NCBI RefSeq assembly: GCF_004010195.1 | Contig: NC_057719.1 | Coordinates: 73,770,928 to 73,834,927, forward strand | Origin: Chiloscyllium plagiosum | Taxonomy: Eukaryota | Direction of reading: 5' to 3' | Length of the DNA stretch: 64,000 nt | Part shown: piece by piece, positions 26,780 to 38,679 of the stretch | Numbering within the stretch: the stretch's first letter is position 1 | Layout of the letters: each line of letters begins with the position of its first letter | Notes under the pieces: generated by a model | Database searches by the model: none | Told to the model about the DNA's origin: nothing | What the model saw: the letters and a program-made list of their open reading frames with translations, nothing else | Position numbers and translations under genes: made by a program

Positions 26780-27435
26780 CCTGCGATCTGCGGAGTAATC
26801 TGTCAAGGTAATGACGTACTATCAGGCACCGCCTTCTTAATGATTTAAAATAAATAACATGAAAGAATTAGCAATTCTGAAGAAGTTGAAGAAACTCAAG
26901 ATCATTAAAATCTCATCTTCCTATTATTTTTTTAATCCAAAATACATTTCAAAGTTAGGATATGGCACAGAGGCAGACTGATTAATCAATTTGAAGCAAT
27001 TTAATACATTATTTCATGAGAATGAGAACGCCACAATTTTAGTCAACTGTGAACCCTACCTTAGTGCTGCTCTTTGAAGCAGTTCAGTCACAGATGTTGC
27101 TATTAAGGCTTTATTTTTGAACATTGCCCTTTTGACTGACTTGTTAAAAGAAATTACTTTGAAGCCTACATTGGATTTGTATTCCTTCAGTCTCTTGGCA
27201 AAACGTAGCACAAACTTTAGATTGGGAAGCCAAATATTTCTGATGACACATTGCTGCAGCATTATACCGGAAAGCATTTAATGCAGACAAGCCCATTTGG
27301 TAAACAAAATGTTCCCTATATCTGAACATTTCAAAGCAAACACTATTGAAAGAATATGCTTTAAATTGGCAATAGTGGCTGCTGTTAAATGAGTATCTTT
27401 ACTTACAGCTGTTTTGCATTCAGTTCTTAAGTTGT

Positions 27436-28030
27436 AAATGCCCATCAAGGGCCTTCTTGTGGTACAATGGCAGTGCAACCTATCCCTGGACCAAGAGACG
27501 CAGGTTCAAGTCCCACCTGCTCCAGAGATGTGTCATAATATCTCTGAATAGGTTGATTAGAAAAAAATGGCTAAAGAAAAATAGATAAATGCCCAATAAG
27601 GGCCCCTTTGTGGTGCAGTAGTACTGTCTCTACCCTTGGACTGGGAGGTCTGTGTTCAAGTCTCACCTGTTTCAGAGATGCATAATAATCACCTCTGAAC
27701 AGATGAGAAAAATAGGTTACATTTTAAAAAAGCAAATGCCCATTAAGGGCTCTCATATGGGCAAATGTGAGGACTGCAGATGTTGGAAATCAGAGTTTAG
27801 ATCAGAGTGGTGCTGGAAAAGCACAGCAGGTCAGGCAGCATCTGAGGAGCAGGAAAATCGACATTTCGGGCAAAAGCCCTTCATCAGGAATGGAGGGATG
27901 GAGCCTCCAGGATGGAGAGCTCTCATGTGGTTCAGAGGTAGTTATCCCTGAAACAAGAGACCCAGATTCAAATCCCATCTACTCCAGAGGTGTGTAGTAA
28001 TATCTCTAAACAGGTTGATTAGAAAAATAA
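27436..28030 (+). repeat. Three head-to-tail short tRNA-like SINE units (about 150 bp)
   Basis: Each unit is aaatgccca...aagggc...tgg(A-box-like)...gttcaagtccc(B-box-like)...ctctgaacaggttgattagaaaa. Starts at 27436, 27587 and 27734. A dispersed copy lies at about 35710-35815 (-). Confidence 0.8.
27761..27918 (-). mobile_element. Short Penelope-like element with hammerhead motif
   Basis: Minus strand attc-CTGATGA-a-gggc-tttt-gccc-GAAA-t-GTC-gatt. TSD gctctcatatgg/gctctcatgtgg at 27749-27760 and 27919-27930. Confidence 0.85.
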
Positions 28031-28884
28031 CTTCCTAAGTCTCGGGCAGGAATTTTCTGCCAAAATAGCAGTGTGGTTAATGTCACACTGCACTGGTACC
28101 CCAATTTCACAGGAGCAGCGGATGCTTGGTTAAACACGGATCTTGAAAAGCCACTATTTTTCCTGACAAGTGTATTTCACATTGTTCTCTGGTTAATTAT
28201 GCAAATCAACTCCTCAGCCACTGCTGGGACCATTAGTGGCTTTTGGTGCCATATTTAAAGTCTAGAGAGCTGACACTAAAAAGCTTCTGAGGGAACAGAG
28301 GTGATACATCATTGGAAATAGGAGCTTCCATTCATCTATGTGTTGCTAACTCACTCATCGCCTTTCTGATTGACTGTCATTGTAACTGTGGCTGGTAGAC
28401 TGAAGCTCTATAGGCTACCTGTCCCTAGCGCCACACAATGTTGGAATTCCGTCTAAGTATTACTTTTCCCTGCGCTGAGTATAGCAATGAATTTCATTGT
28501 TATTGTTCACTGTTGGAGCATCACTTGTTCGATTGACTTCAAAATTTTGAAAATGTATTGAACAAAAGCAAAAGAAAAAAAGCAATAAAAAAAATAGCAT
28601 TTGCTTTTGGAAACAAAGATTTCCCTTTTTATGACATTGCCAACTATCAGTTGGAAAGACAGCAATGCTTCCAGCTTTGAGTAAATATTCAAAACATTTA
28701 TTTCCGATCAAGTCACCTGAATGAAAAAAGCCAAGATTTTGCTGAAAGTAAAAACAAAGTGAAGACCATTAATGGATCTTACTGGGGAAATACTCAGACT
28801 AACAATTGGTCGGATAAGACATCATTCCTTACAGCTTGATAAGAAAACAAATGGTTACCAAAATACTCTGGAGTGTGGACATTT

Positions 28885-29525
28885 AGAGTTACAGAGATGT
28901 ACAGCACAGAAACAGACCCTTCAGTCCAACTTGTCCATGCTGACCAGATATCCCAACCTAATCTAATCCCATTTGCCAGCACCCGGCCCATATCCCTCTA
29001 AACCCTTCCTATTCATATACCCATGCAGATGCCTTTTAAATGTTGTAATTATACCAGCCTCCATCACTTCCTCTGGCAGCTCATTCCATACACTCACCAA
29101 CCTCTGCATGAAAAAGTTGCCCCGAAGATCCCTTTTAAATCTTCCCCCTCTCACCTTAAACCCCTCTAGTTCTGGACTTGCCCATCCCAGGGAAAAGACC
29201 TTGTCTATTTAACTTATCCATGCCCTTCATGATTTTATAAAGCTCTATAAAGTCACCCCTCAGCCTCTGACACTCTAGGGAAAACAGCCCCAGCCTATTT
29301 ACCCTTTCCTTAAAGCTCAAACCCTCCAACACTGGCAACATCTTTGTAAATCATTTCTGAACCCTTTCAAATTTCACAACATCATTCCTATAGGAGGGAG
29401 AACTGCATGCAATATTCCAAAAGTGGCCGAACCAATGTCCTGTACAGCTGCAACATGACCTCCCAACTCCTACTCAATGCTCTGACCAATAAAAGAAAGC
29501 ATATCAAACGCCTTCTTCACTATCT
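28885..29525 (-). mobile_element. CR1 LINE 3' fragment
   Basis: ORF-track pieces RVNRLGLFSLECQRLRGD and NFFMQRLVSVWNELP. Confidence 0.92.
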
Positions 29526-29699
29526 ATATGCTGCTTACAACTAAAATTCTTGGAATGAAAAGTAAAATGATTTTTTTTTTAAATTGATTTGGCGGTTCCT
29601 TAAACAAATTCAAAAGTCAGAGGTCTGAGTATTCCCAAGCCTTTTTGGGATTCCTTTTGATAATAAAATGACAGCCCATGAATGATCACATCTGTTGAA

Positions 29700-30500
29700 A
29701 GTGCTGTCACTATGTCTGATCTGTTATAGCCAATGGTGCACCACTCCATCGTTTTGAAGACAATGTTTCTCCTGCTCGACATCCTCATCTTCCTCCTCAG
29801 AAAACTGCTGATGCTGTCCCAGCTTTTCAATGTCCATCACATCCCCTGTTTGGCTGCTTCAGTTTTGCATAGCATAGAGTGCTAGAATAATGAGACACAC
29901 ACTGAACTGTACTGCAAAGCTCTCCCAAACTGATCCAAGCACGAGAGACCTCATCTTCAGGATGATGGCATTGCTAGATTATTTTGTACCTGCACTTGGT
30001 CTCCTGTCAGGTGTTGCGTTATGGAGTTAACAGCTAAAGTTGCAATGGTCTTTGTGTGGATAGAGGTCGTTCGGCCCATCAAGTCTGCACTGAACATTTA
30101 AATAACATCCCACCTGAACTCATTCCCCACCCTATCCCCACAATCCTGCATTACCATGGCTAATCCCCAAGCCTACACATCCCTAGGCATTATTCCCTGG
30201 GCAATTCAGCACAATCAACCCATTTAACCTGAACATCTTTGCACTGTGGGAGGAAACTGGAGAATCCAGTAGAAACACACACAGACACAGGGAGAATATG
30301 CAAACTCCGCACAGGCAGTTACCCAAGACTGGAATTGACCCTGAGTCCCTGGTGAGCCACCTTGTCTCCCAGTAACCAATCTTGTAAGGGATCTGACCCT
30401 CGAAACAGGAAGATGAAGATTCTCAAGGATGTGGGCATCATGGCAACTTCACATGTTGTCGAAGCATCACATGTGCAACACATCCACCTCCTCAACTGGC
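29700..30500 (-). pseudogene. Harbinger (HARBI1-type DDE) transposase relic split by a SINE
   Basis: Minus strand reads SCHDAHIL...LFRGSDPLQDWLLGDK | SINE | (G)YP...LLTP*RN...ILKMR..CLDQFGRALQYS..VCLIILA followed by an acidic tail. These motifs are collinear with HARBI1-family HD, LLGDxGYP and LKxRFRCL motifs. Confidence 0.8.
30062..30360 (-). mobile_element. HE1-type SINE
   Basis: Homologous to the copies at 12881 and 59997. Confidence 0.85.
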
Positions 30501-33500
30501 AACTGCTGACAGCCAATGACAAGCTCCCAGGCTTTGTGTCCACTCTAAAGGGCAAGGCAAGACCGAAGAACTGCAAGCCTGTAAGGTCTGAATGAAGCAG
30601 CAATACATAAAGAGGCAGGAACAATGCAAGGTGGAGATGCTGTGAGATCCAAGTAGGCCGGTAAATGCTGAGGAATCAAATGAAAACCCCTGAGGTGCAC
30701 AGTGTTCCACTTTGTGAGATGGGTACCTGACCCTAGCAGCAAAGTGGACCTGGCAACAGCTTGCCAATGAAGGATGTTGGTGAATAGTATTCTAATGGTG
30801 TTGGAGACACCATGAGGCTGGTGGGTGACTGATGCCAACCCATATGGACAGGTTGTGTAGGTCATTGATACCCACAGAGCCTGCCCTGAGCATGTCATGA
30901 ATTTTTCAAGCTTCTACTTGCAGCGACAAAAAAAATCCCAATATTTTGTGTTTAGAATTTTTAAACAAAGGAAAAGTTTGCTCTTAAATAATTTAAACTT
31001 GGTTGCATTTGAGTTACTGCTTTCCTTCATTCTAGCATGTTGGTCATTGAAACACAAATCTCTCCTCCTCTTGTTAGTTCTGAATTCAATTTTTTGTTAC
31101 ATATTAATTTGGTAGTTTTTGATGTTGACAACATTTAGAAGCATAAACTTTGAAGTGCTTTAAGGCACCTTGTCACCTAGCCTTATAACGGAATGGCTGC
31201 ACACAATGAACTGAATCTTAGAATCACCTCTTACCCATTTCCAACCGCTGAGAAATTGCCGTTAACTCTGACCCTTTCCTTCTTCCTTGTGACCATGCTT
31301 CAGTTCAGTTTTCTCCCTCTTCTAATTTCTAAAATTGCCTGTGTGGTACCTTTTCTGAAAAATATAACACCTGCATTGTATATTCCACTGTGCCACTGAA
31401 AACAGGGAAGATCCCTCTGGAATCGAAAAAGACACAGCACATTGTGCTAACACTCAAAAGAAAGGAAATCCAGGTAGACTTGCAGATTCCAACTTACCTT
31501 CTTCAGTAACTGATGAAAATAATAAAAACAGTCATTAAGCATCATCTTGAGGATCGCCTTTGTGAAAAACAAAACTTGTAAATGTTAGTCAAAATACTTT
31601 CAGGAACATAAGATTATGTTTGATTGACTCATCCCTTCTTGTTTTGTAAATAATGTCACAGGTGGATTTAGATAAGACCTCCGAAGTAGTGTATCAATAC
31701 TTTTCAGAAATCTTCAATTAAGGAAATTCTAACAGTGTTCAGTGTATTATATATACAATCTTAATTCTGAAATACATTGCTTGTTTTCAGATGATGCATG
31801 GGATTCCAAAGAATTACAGCAGAGCCTGGACAGCAGAATGGGACATTAATAACAAATGCAACGTTTTGAAATTGAGACGAAACAATAGGAGAGGACGTGT
31901 GCATGGTGGGTGGTGTTACTTGATGATGTCCATCTAGCCACAGATATGAGAGAAACAAATCAGGGAAAGACATAGTGAACAGTTTGCATCACCAGTTAAA
32001 GAGCAGCAAGCATTGAGAACATTGCAGATGTCTTTAGCCAAATCAATGAGATGCAAGGCTGTTTCTATCACCCTACCATTGGATTGTGGTCAGTTGGCAT
32101 CTTGAATCTTGCATTTAGGTCTAGTTATTTAAAAGCTAGGTGCATTAAGGAAAGGGCGATGGGACCCTCACCCTGTAACAAAGGACTGAGTTATAAGGAA
32201 ATGCGAGAAAAACTTCAACCTTGAGACATGGTGATGCACAGGGAACTTCGTAAGAGGTCTAAGATAGTAAATGGAATAGAAATTATGCATATCAAAAAGA
32301 CATACATACAAAGTGGTGAAAATAAGCTAGGGAATTATACCAAGAAGTTTTTCATATAAAGAATGATTAACTCCCAGGTTGAGTTTCAGTACAAGCTTTG
32401 ATATCATTCGTTAATACCTGCTATGGTGGAGAATAGTCAGCGTCCACAGACAGATGCAAGGGCTTACACATCATGTGAAATAAAAAGCCTCAATTTAAAT
32501 GAACAAACATTACTCAATTTTTCTCAGTAATACATGTGTTTGATAGTAAATTCCATGGCAGCAGTGTGATCACATGGTCCTCTGCAATGCTAAAATCAAT
32601 TAACAGAAATAAATCCTCCATTTTATTTGAAGCTAATTATTTATTTGAGGCGGTTTAAGTTGTATCTTAAAGGAGATTTTAGTGAATTTTAAATGATAAG
32701 AGCTTTAATTTATTTTAGTATCTACTTCTGAGAAGGAAGTAAGTTGCTTTGAATCTATTTTTGTGAGCTCCATTGTTGAACTGAGTGCAATATTTAATCT
32801 ATATCTGACTTGAAATTTACATCCATCAGTCAACGCATCAGCTGTGAAGTGCCAGCAGTCTGAGCGGGTTTGTGATATTATTTGTTAATTGCAAAGCTAT
32901 TGCCATTTATCTTCCCATGACCTCTTCTGGATAATTTCTGCATCTTTGTTAGTTATTGACTCTGGGAGGTTGTTAGCTGCATAGTTTAGTTCAGCTGAAA
33001 ATTAGGATAATGGAGAGGAGCCTTCTGCTTTTGCTACGCCACCACAAGAGGTTATTTCTTATGATCCTGTTTATTTTTCCACCTTTTTCTCTTCAGAATA
33101 GATAAAAGATTTGAACTGCAGGGATTGATAAATCCTAGAGGGAGAAGATTGAATATCTCATGAGACAGAGCGATGATTGATAGCTTCATGCCTAACAGAG
33201 GTGCATCACGGGCTTTGAGTCTCAACTTAACATTTCCACTTTTTATCAATTCAAATGATTTTTGTGTTAATTCATTCATGGGAAGTGGACATTATTGACT
33301 GGGCCAACAATCATTTCCCAGCAGGAAATACCCCCTATGTTAAATAGAGGGTATTTAACATCAATCATATTGCTGTAGATCTGGAGTCACAGGTCAGACT
33401 ACAATGACAAAATCTCCAGTACAAAGGATTAAATTTGATGTTTTTAGCTGGACTATACCAGAGTCAAGAAGGTATCTTATTTCTTCATAAACTATTTTTG

Positions 33501-34056
33501 CTTCACCATTAGAGTATTGTGATATGTGTTTCAGACACAGGAGTATTTCTTGTGTTATTCTTGAATTGCAGATGAGATGAAATTTCCTTTCCAACACAGT
33601 AGCTGCTCTTGACGACCTTGTGAGTGAATGCACTGAACCATTAAGTTAAGTTGGCCAATAGTGTCCAACTTCTGTGTCAGCTTAGTTCTTCTCAATATAG
33701 CAAGCAAATGCTTCAGTTGCTTCAAATGCCTTTAGATTAGGAAATAAAAACCATCTCGTCTTCCTGTTCCTGAGCAATAATTCCTGCTGGAGAATTACGC
33801 CTGTGGCCATTGGATTAGGTTTGGCTGTAAAACCCTCTGTGACTTGTTCACACTGTAATCTCAATAAAGAATGGAGAATTTAAAGAGGGGGCTGTTGGTG
33901 TTGGTTTGTACTTCAGTGACTGGCAATGTTTCCAGAAGACACAGTAAATGAGCAGAACAAAACAGTAATTGAAGGTGTATGTGTTGCCATTAACCCTGAA
34001 GGTCAACTTTTAATTTTAATGTAGTAAAAGGAAGTTTATATTTAGTTTCGGTGTCA

Positions 34057-34640
34057 TGCTGCTCTCAAGAGGGTTGGAAAGTAAAAGCAGCAATGTGCTA
34101 CTGAGACTTTATAAAGCTCTGGTTAGGCCCCATTTAGAATACTTTGTCCAGGTTTGGGCCCCACACCTCAGGAAGGACATACTGGCACTGGAGCATGTCC
34201 AGCGGAGATTCACACGGATGATCCTTGGAATGGTAGGCTTAACATATGATGAATGGCTGAGGATCCTGGGATTGTATTCATTAGAGTTTAGAAGGTTGAG
34301 GGGAGATCTAATAGAAACTTACAAGATAATGCATGTGGGAAGGGGTGGGAATTTGTTTCCATCAGGCTGGGATACTATGACCTGTGGGCACAGCCTTAAA
34401 ATTAGAGGGAGTCAATTTAAAATGGAAATGAGGAGACATTTCTTCAGCCAGAGAGTAGTGGGCCTGTGGAATTCATTGCCATGGAGCGCAGTGGAGGCCG
34501 GGATGTTCAATGTCTTCAAGGCAGAGGTTGATAAATTCTTCGGGATATGGGCAAGTGGTGTTGAAATGCCTATCAGCCATGATTGAATGGTGGATTGGAC
34601 ACGAATGGCCTTACTTCCACTCCTATGTCTTATGGTCTTA
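34057..34640 (+). mobile_element. CR1 LINE 3' fragment (176-aa ORF)
   Basis: LYKALVRPHLEY..QVWAPHLRKD...LEFRRLRGDLIE...FFSQRVVGLWNSLP. Confidence 0.95.
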
Positions 34641-34769
34641 TGCTCTATTGGATGGTGTGTGCTTGTGGATTTGCAGAGAAAGGAAGGTTTTATCAAGTGT
34701 GCAAGGGCACTATTAGCTGACTAAATGACACCATGCAGCTTAAGTTTAGTTTTTTGAGCATATGTCTAA

Positions 34770-36330
34770 TCATACAAATTAGGAGCAGGAGTAAGTCTCT
34801 TGGCCCTTTAAGCCTGTTCCACCATTCAGTAAGACCATGGCTGACGTGACTACTCTCTATTCCTACCTATCCCTTAATAACTTTTTAACCCTTTGATTGT
34901 CAAGAATCTATCTGCCTTTGACTTGAAAATAATCAAAGACTCTGCTTTCACCTCCTTTTGAGGAAGAGAGTTCTAAAGACTCACAAACTTGAGAAAGAAG
35001 TTTCTTCTCCTCTCTATCTTAAATGGGTACACACTTATCTTAAAACAGTGACATCAAACTCTATTCTCCCATCAGAGCAAACACCCTTCCCACAAGCACC
35101 CTGTCCAGACCCCTCAGGATCTTATACATTTCAGTCAAGTTATTTCTTACCCTCCTAAGCTCCAGCAGACACTGATTTTTATTTTAAAATACATTCACAG
35201 AATGGCCAGCATTTATTGCCCAGTAGGCAGTTAAAAGTCAACTACATTGCTGTGGGTCTGGGGTCCCATGTAGAATAGACCAGGTTAGGATGGCAGTTTC
35301 CTTCACTAAAGACCTTTAGTGAACCAGATGGGTTTTTACAACAATCGAAAATGGTTACCATTGGACACTTGATTCCTGATTCTTTATTGAATTCAAATTC
35401 CTCACCTGTCATGGCCGAATTCGAGCTGAGGTTCCTAGGGTCCCTGAATTAACAGTGCAAGATAATACCACTGGGCCATTTCTTCCCCCTAGGGGAGGTA
35501 GCATCCTTATCTCTTTTTTCTTTCTCATAAGACAATCTGCCCATCTACGTGTTAGTTTTTAAACCTGCTACCAATGCATTTAAATACTTCCTTGCCGAAG
35601 AAGACAATACTGTGCACAATAATCCAGATGTGATCTTACCAATGCCCTGCCTAATAGAAGTATAACGTCTTTATTTTTTCTTTTGAATTGACCTCACAAT
35701 AAGAAGAAGTATCTTGGGTCAGCCTGTTCGAACTTGACAAACCTCAGCAGCAGATGGGACTTGAAGCTGGACCTTCTGGCCCAGAGGTAGAGACACTACT
35801 ACTGTTCCACAATAGCTCTGCCTCTTACAATGAATGAAGACATTTGACTTGCTTTACTAATTATTTGCTCTACCTGCATATTAATGTTTTTCCAATTCAT
35901 GCATGGAAACACCCAGATCCCTCTACACCTTAGTGTTCTGCGATCTCTCAACATTTGGATGATACGCTTTTCTTTATTTTCCTACCAAAATGGACAATGC
36001 CACATCTTCCTGCTTTATACTCCACTTGCCAGATCTTTGCTCACTCACTCAATATGTCAACATCCCATTGTAGCATCCATATGTCCCCTTCACAATCAAC
36101 TTCCTTTTTTTCTGAATCAGCAAGTTTAGCAACCACACTTTCTGTCCCTTCAACCAAGTCATTTATTATAAATTGTGAACATTTGAAGCCCCAACACCAA
36201 TCCCTGTAGTATACCACTCATTATATCTTGTAAACTCTAAATAATCCATTTATGCCAACCTGCCATCTCCTGTTAGCCAGCCAATCTTTCATCCATGCCA
36301 ATGTGTTAGTTCCTACACCATGGGCTTTTA
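34770..36330 (-). mobile_element. Degenerate CR1 LINE with two nested SINEs
   Basis: Reverse CR1 tail at 34770 and RT relics to about 36330. SINE inserts at about 35175-35490 and 35710-35815. Confidence 0.75.
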
Positions 36331-36962
36331 TATTTTTCCATTTATTTTAATCTTTCCCTTGAATTATTTTGATTTTTTAACACTGATGACTGTCAAGTGA
36401 TTCAGGAGTTTGGAGAAAGCGTTTTCAGCAACAAGGGAAGGTGAGGATTTCTGTGAGGCAAAACTCAGTGACAAGAAAGGAAGATTTTACAGTTTAAAAA
36501 TAAATCCAACAAGTGCAATGAACACTGTAGTGTTGCCACAATGTTCATTAATTATAGAAATGACCCATAGGTGGCAGTGTAGGCTGTGGTTCAAATCTGA
36601 GGAGCTTTAACTATAGATTGGTGCCTCAGGTGTGTCTAAATCTATAACAAATTCAGTACTTTCAGAGCCCTGAGCAATTGGTTGTGTTTACGTACATTCC
36701 CCACATGCCTTGGAATGCTTTAAAAGAGAAGTGGTGAATGCCAAGCGGGAAATGAGGATGTTTGCGGGAGAAGGAGCAAAGCCAAGTGATTTGGGAGAAC
36801 ATTCCATAGAGTAAAGGCTTAGAGAGTGAAAGTTTGTGCACTCCCTGCTGGAAGACCAGGCAGAGCCAGTGGAATGGTGTGTGTGTGTGGATAGGGTCAC
36901 ACAGCTGGGGAAGAAGGTTAGCGGAGGTCTTGGCATCTGATCAGATGTGAGGCTGACAAGCT

Positions 36963-37092
36963 GATTGCCTGATGAAGGGCTTTTGCCCGAAACGTCGATT
37001 TTCCTGCTCCTTGGATGCTGTCTGACCTGCTGTCTTTTTCCAGCACCACTCTAATCCAAACTCTGATTTCCAGCGTCGGCAGTCCTCACTTT
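36963..37092 (+). ncRNA. Minimal type-I hammerhead ribozyme motif in a Penelope-like terminal repeat
   Basis: CTGATGA (36969-75), extra A, stem II GGGC-tttt-GCCC, GAAAC (36989-93), GTC (36994-96). All core nucleotides are intact, but stem I is weak in this copy. Confidence 0.75.
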
Positions 37093-37234
37093 TGTCAAGC
37101 TCATTTCTAAAGCAAGGTGAAAACAAAGCCGCATTCTGCACACACTGGTCCTAAAGCCATGGTGAGACCACCTTGTGGAACCGGAATCAGGGCTCAACTT
37201 AGGTTGACCAGATCAAAACTCAACAAGAACTGAC

Positions 37235-37700
37235 GCAGTCAAAAAGTGTGGCGCTGGAAAAGCACAGCCGGCCAGGCAGCATCCAAGGAGTAGGACAGTC
37301 AATGTTTTTAGGCATAAGGCCTACATCAGGCATAGGGAGTGGCCCAAAGGGATTGAGAGATAAATGGGAGGGGGAGTGGGCTGTGGTGAAGGTAGCTGGG
37401 AATACGATAGGTAGATGAAGGTGGGGGTGATGGTGATAGGTCGGAGAGGAGGGTGGACCTGGGTGGGGTGCAGTTAGAGAGTGACTCACTGAGATCCTTG
37501 TGGATGGAGGAGGAGAACTTCTTCAAGGTGGGAATCCTCGGAAGAGGCTTCGCAGTCAGGTTATAATGATGAGGAGAAAGTGAGGACTCGAGATACTGGA
37601 GATCAGATTGAACAGTGTGGTGCTGGAAAAGCACAGCCAGCCAGGCAGCCTCGGAGGAGCAGGAGAGTTGACATTTCGGGCATAAACCTTTCATCAGGGA
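37235..37700 (-). mobile_element. Mini Penelope-like element with two tandem hammerhead-bearing repeats
   Basis: Core heptamers at 37691-37697 (CTGATGA) and 37323-37329 (CTGATGT), each followed by the same gctgcctgg...gctgtgcttttccagc tail. Confidence 0.75.
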
Positions 37701-38679
37701 GAGGTGGTAGTAAAGAGGGGAGGTTGGGTGAGGTGGCGAGTGAGTAGTTTGATCAGTGGGGCATCAGGTAAAGTGGGTTAGTCAGGTTGGGGGCACACAT
37801 GCATTGGTAGTTGGCCATTTGGCCTTTAGCCTGATCTTCCATTCATCATGACAATAGCTAATCTGATTAGGGCCTCAACTCAACATTCCTATGCTCTCAG
37901 TTAAGCTTCAACTCTCTTGTTAGTCAAGAATCAATCTATCTCTGCCTTACAAATATTCCATAACCCTCCTGACACTAATCTCTCAAGGAGAGAGTCACAA
38001 ACACTCATGTTAAGAAACAAAGCCTCCTCACCACAGTCCTATATGGGTGACCCTGATTTTATTGCTGGCACTGCTAGATCTGGTCTCCCCTGTAAGGAGA
38101 AACATCCCTTCAGCATTCACCGTCACATGCCCTCATGATCTTATTGGTCTGAAACATCTTATATGGGCAGGTATGGATAGCAGTGTAGTCAGGAGAGTGA
38201 AGAGGTTGAAGGAAGGGGTTGTCATGTCTGGTGAGGGATGTTGTTGGCTGTTCAGTAGAGTAGTTAGGATGAGGGCTGGTCGGATGTTCAGAAGAATTAG
38301 TCAGGTCTTAGAGTAAGGTCAGGGTAGTCAGTTCATGGGTAAAGGTAAAGGCGTAGTTAGGTCATCGCTAAAGGTAAGCAGGTTGATAGGTTAGTCAAGT
38401 GGTCAAGTGGGTAGTTGGATTGGAATTTCAGGATGATTAGTAGAATTATTTTGGGATGGCTGTATCAGATGGGTAGTCAAGTTGGGGGGCTAGTCAGGGG
38501 CTTAAGGGGTTAGTCAGCAGGGGTTGATGGATTGGTAGGGCATCGGGGGAATTGGGAATAATTAAGGGGTTTGGTTATATAGTTACTTCAGTGGTTGTTA
38601 CGTTTAGCTTAATATTTCCTGTGTAACTATTCATAGAATATTAGAATCAAATACTTTTTACAGCCCTTTTGGTATTTCT

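Noticed and set aside
27436..28030. CRISPR-like repeat-spacer array
   Set aside because: The 'spacers' are homologous SINE bodies of about 130 bp, the context is eukaryotic and there are no cas genes.
31492..31535. Minus-strand 12-nt microexon pattern (ttttcatcag|TTACTGAAGAAG|gtaagt)
   Set aside because: The splice signals are good, but no host gene or partner exons were found. A similar chance pattern occurs at about 20523-20550.
38160..38580. G/T-rich degenerate (ggtagtcagg)-like tract, also 37700-37790
   Set aside because: Low-complexity decayed tandem sequence with no stable period and no coding signal.
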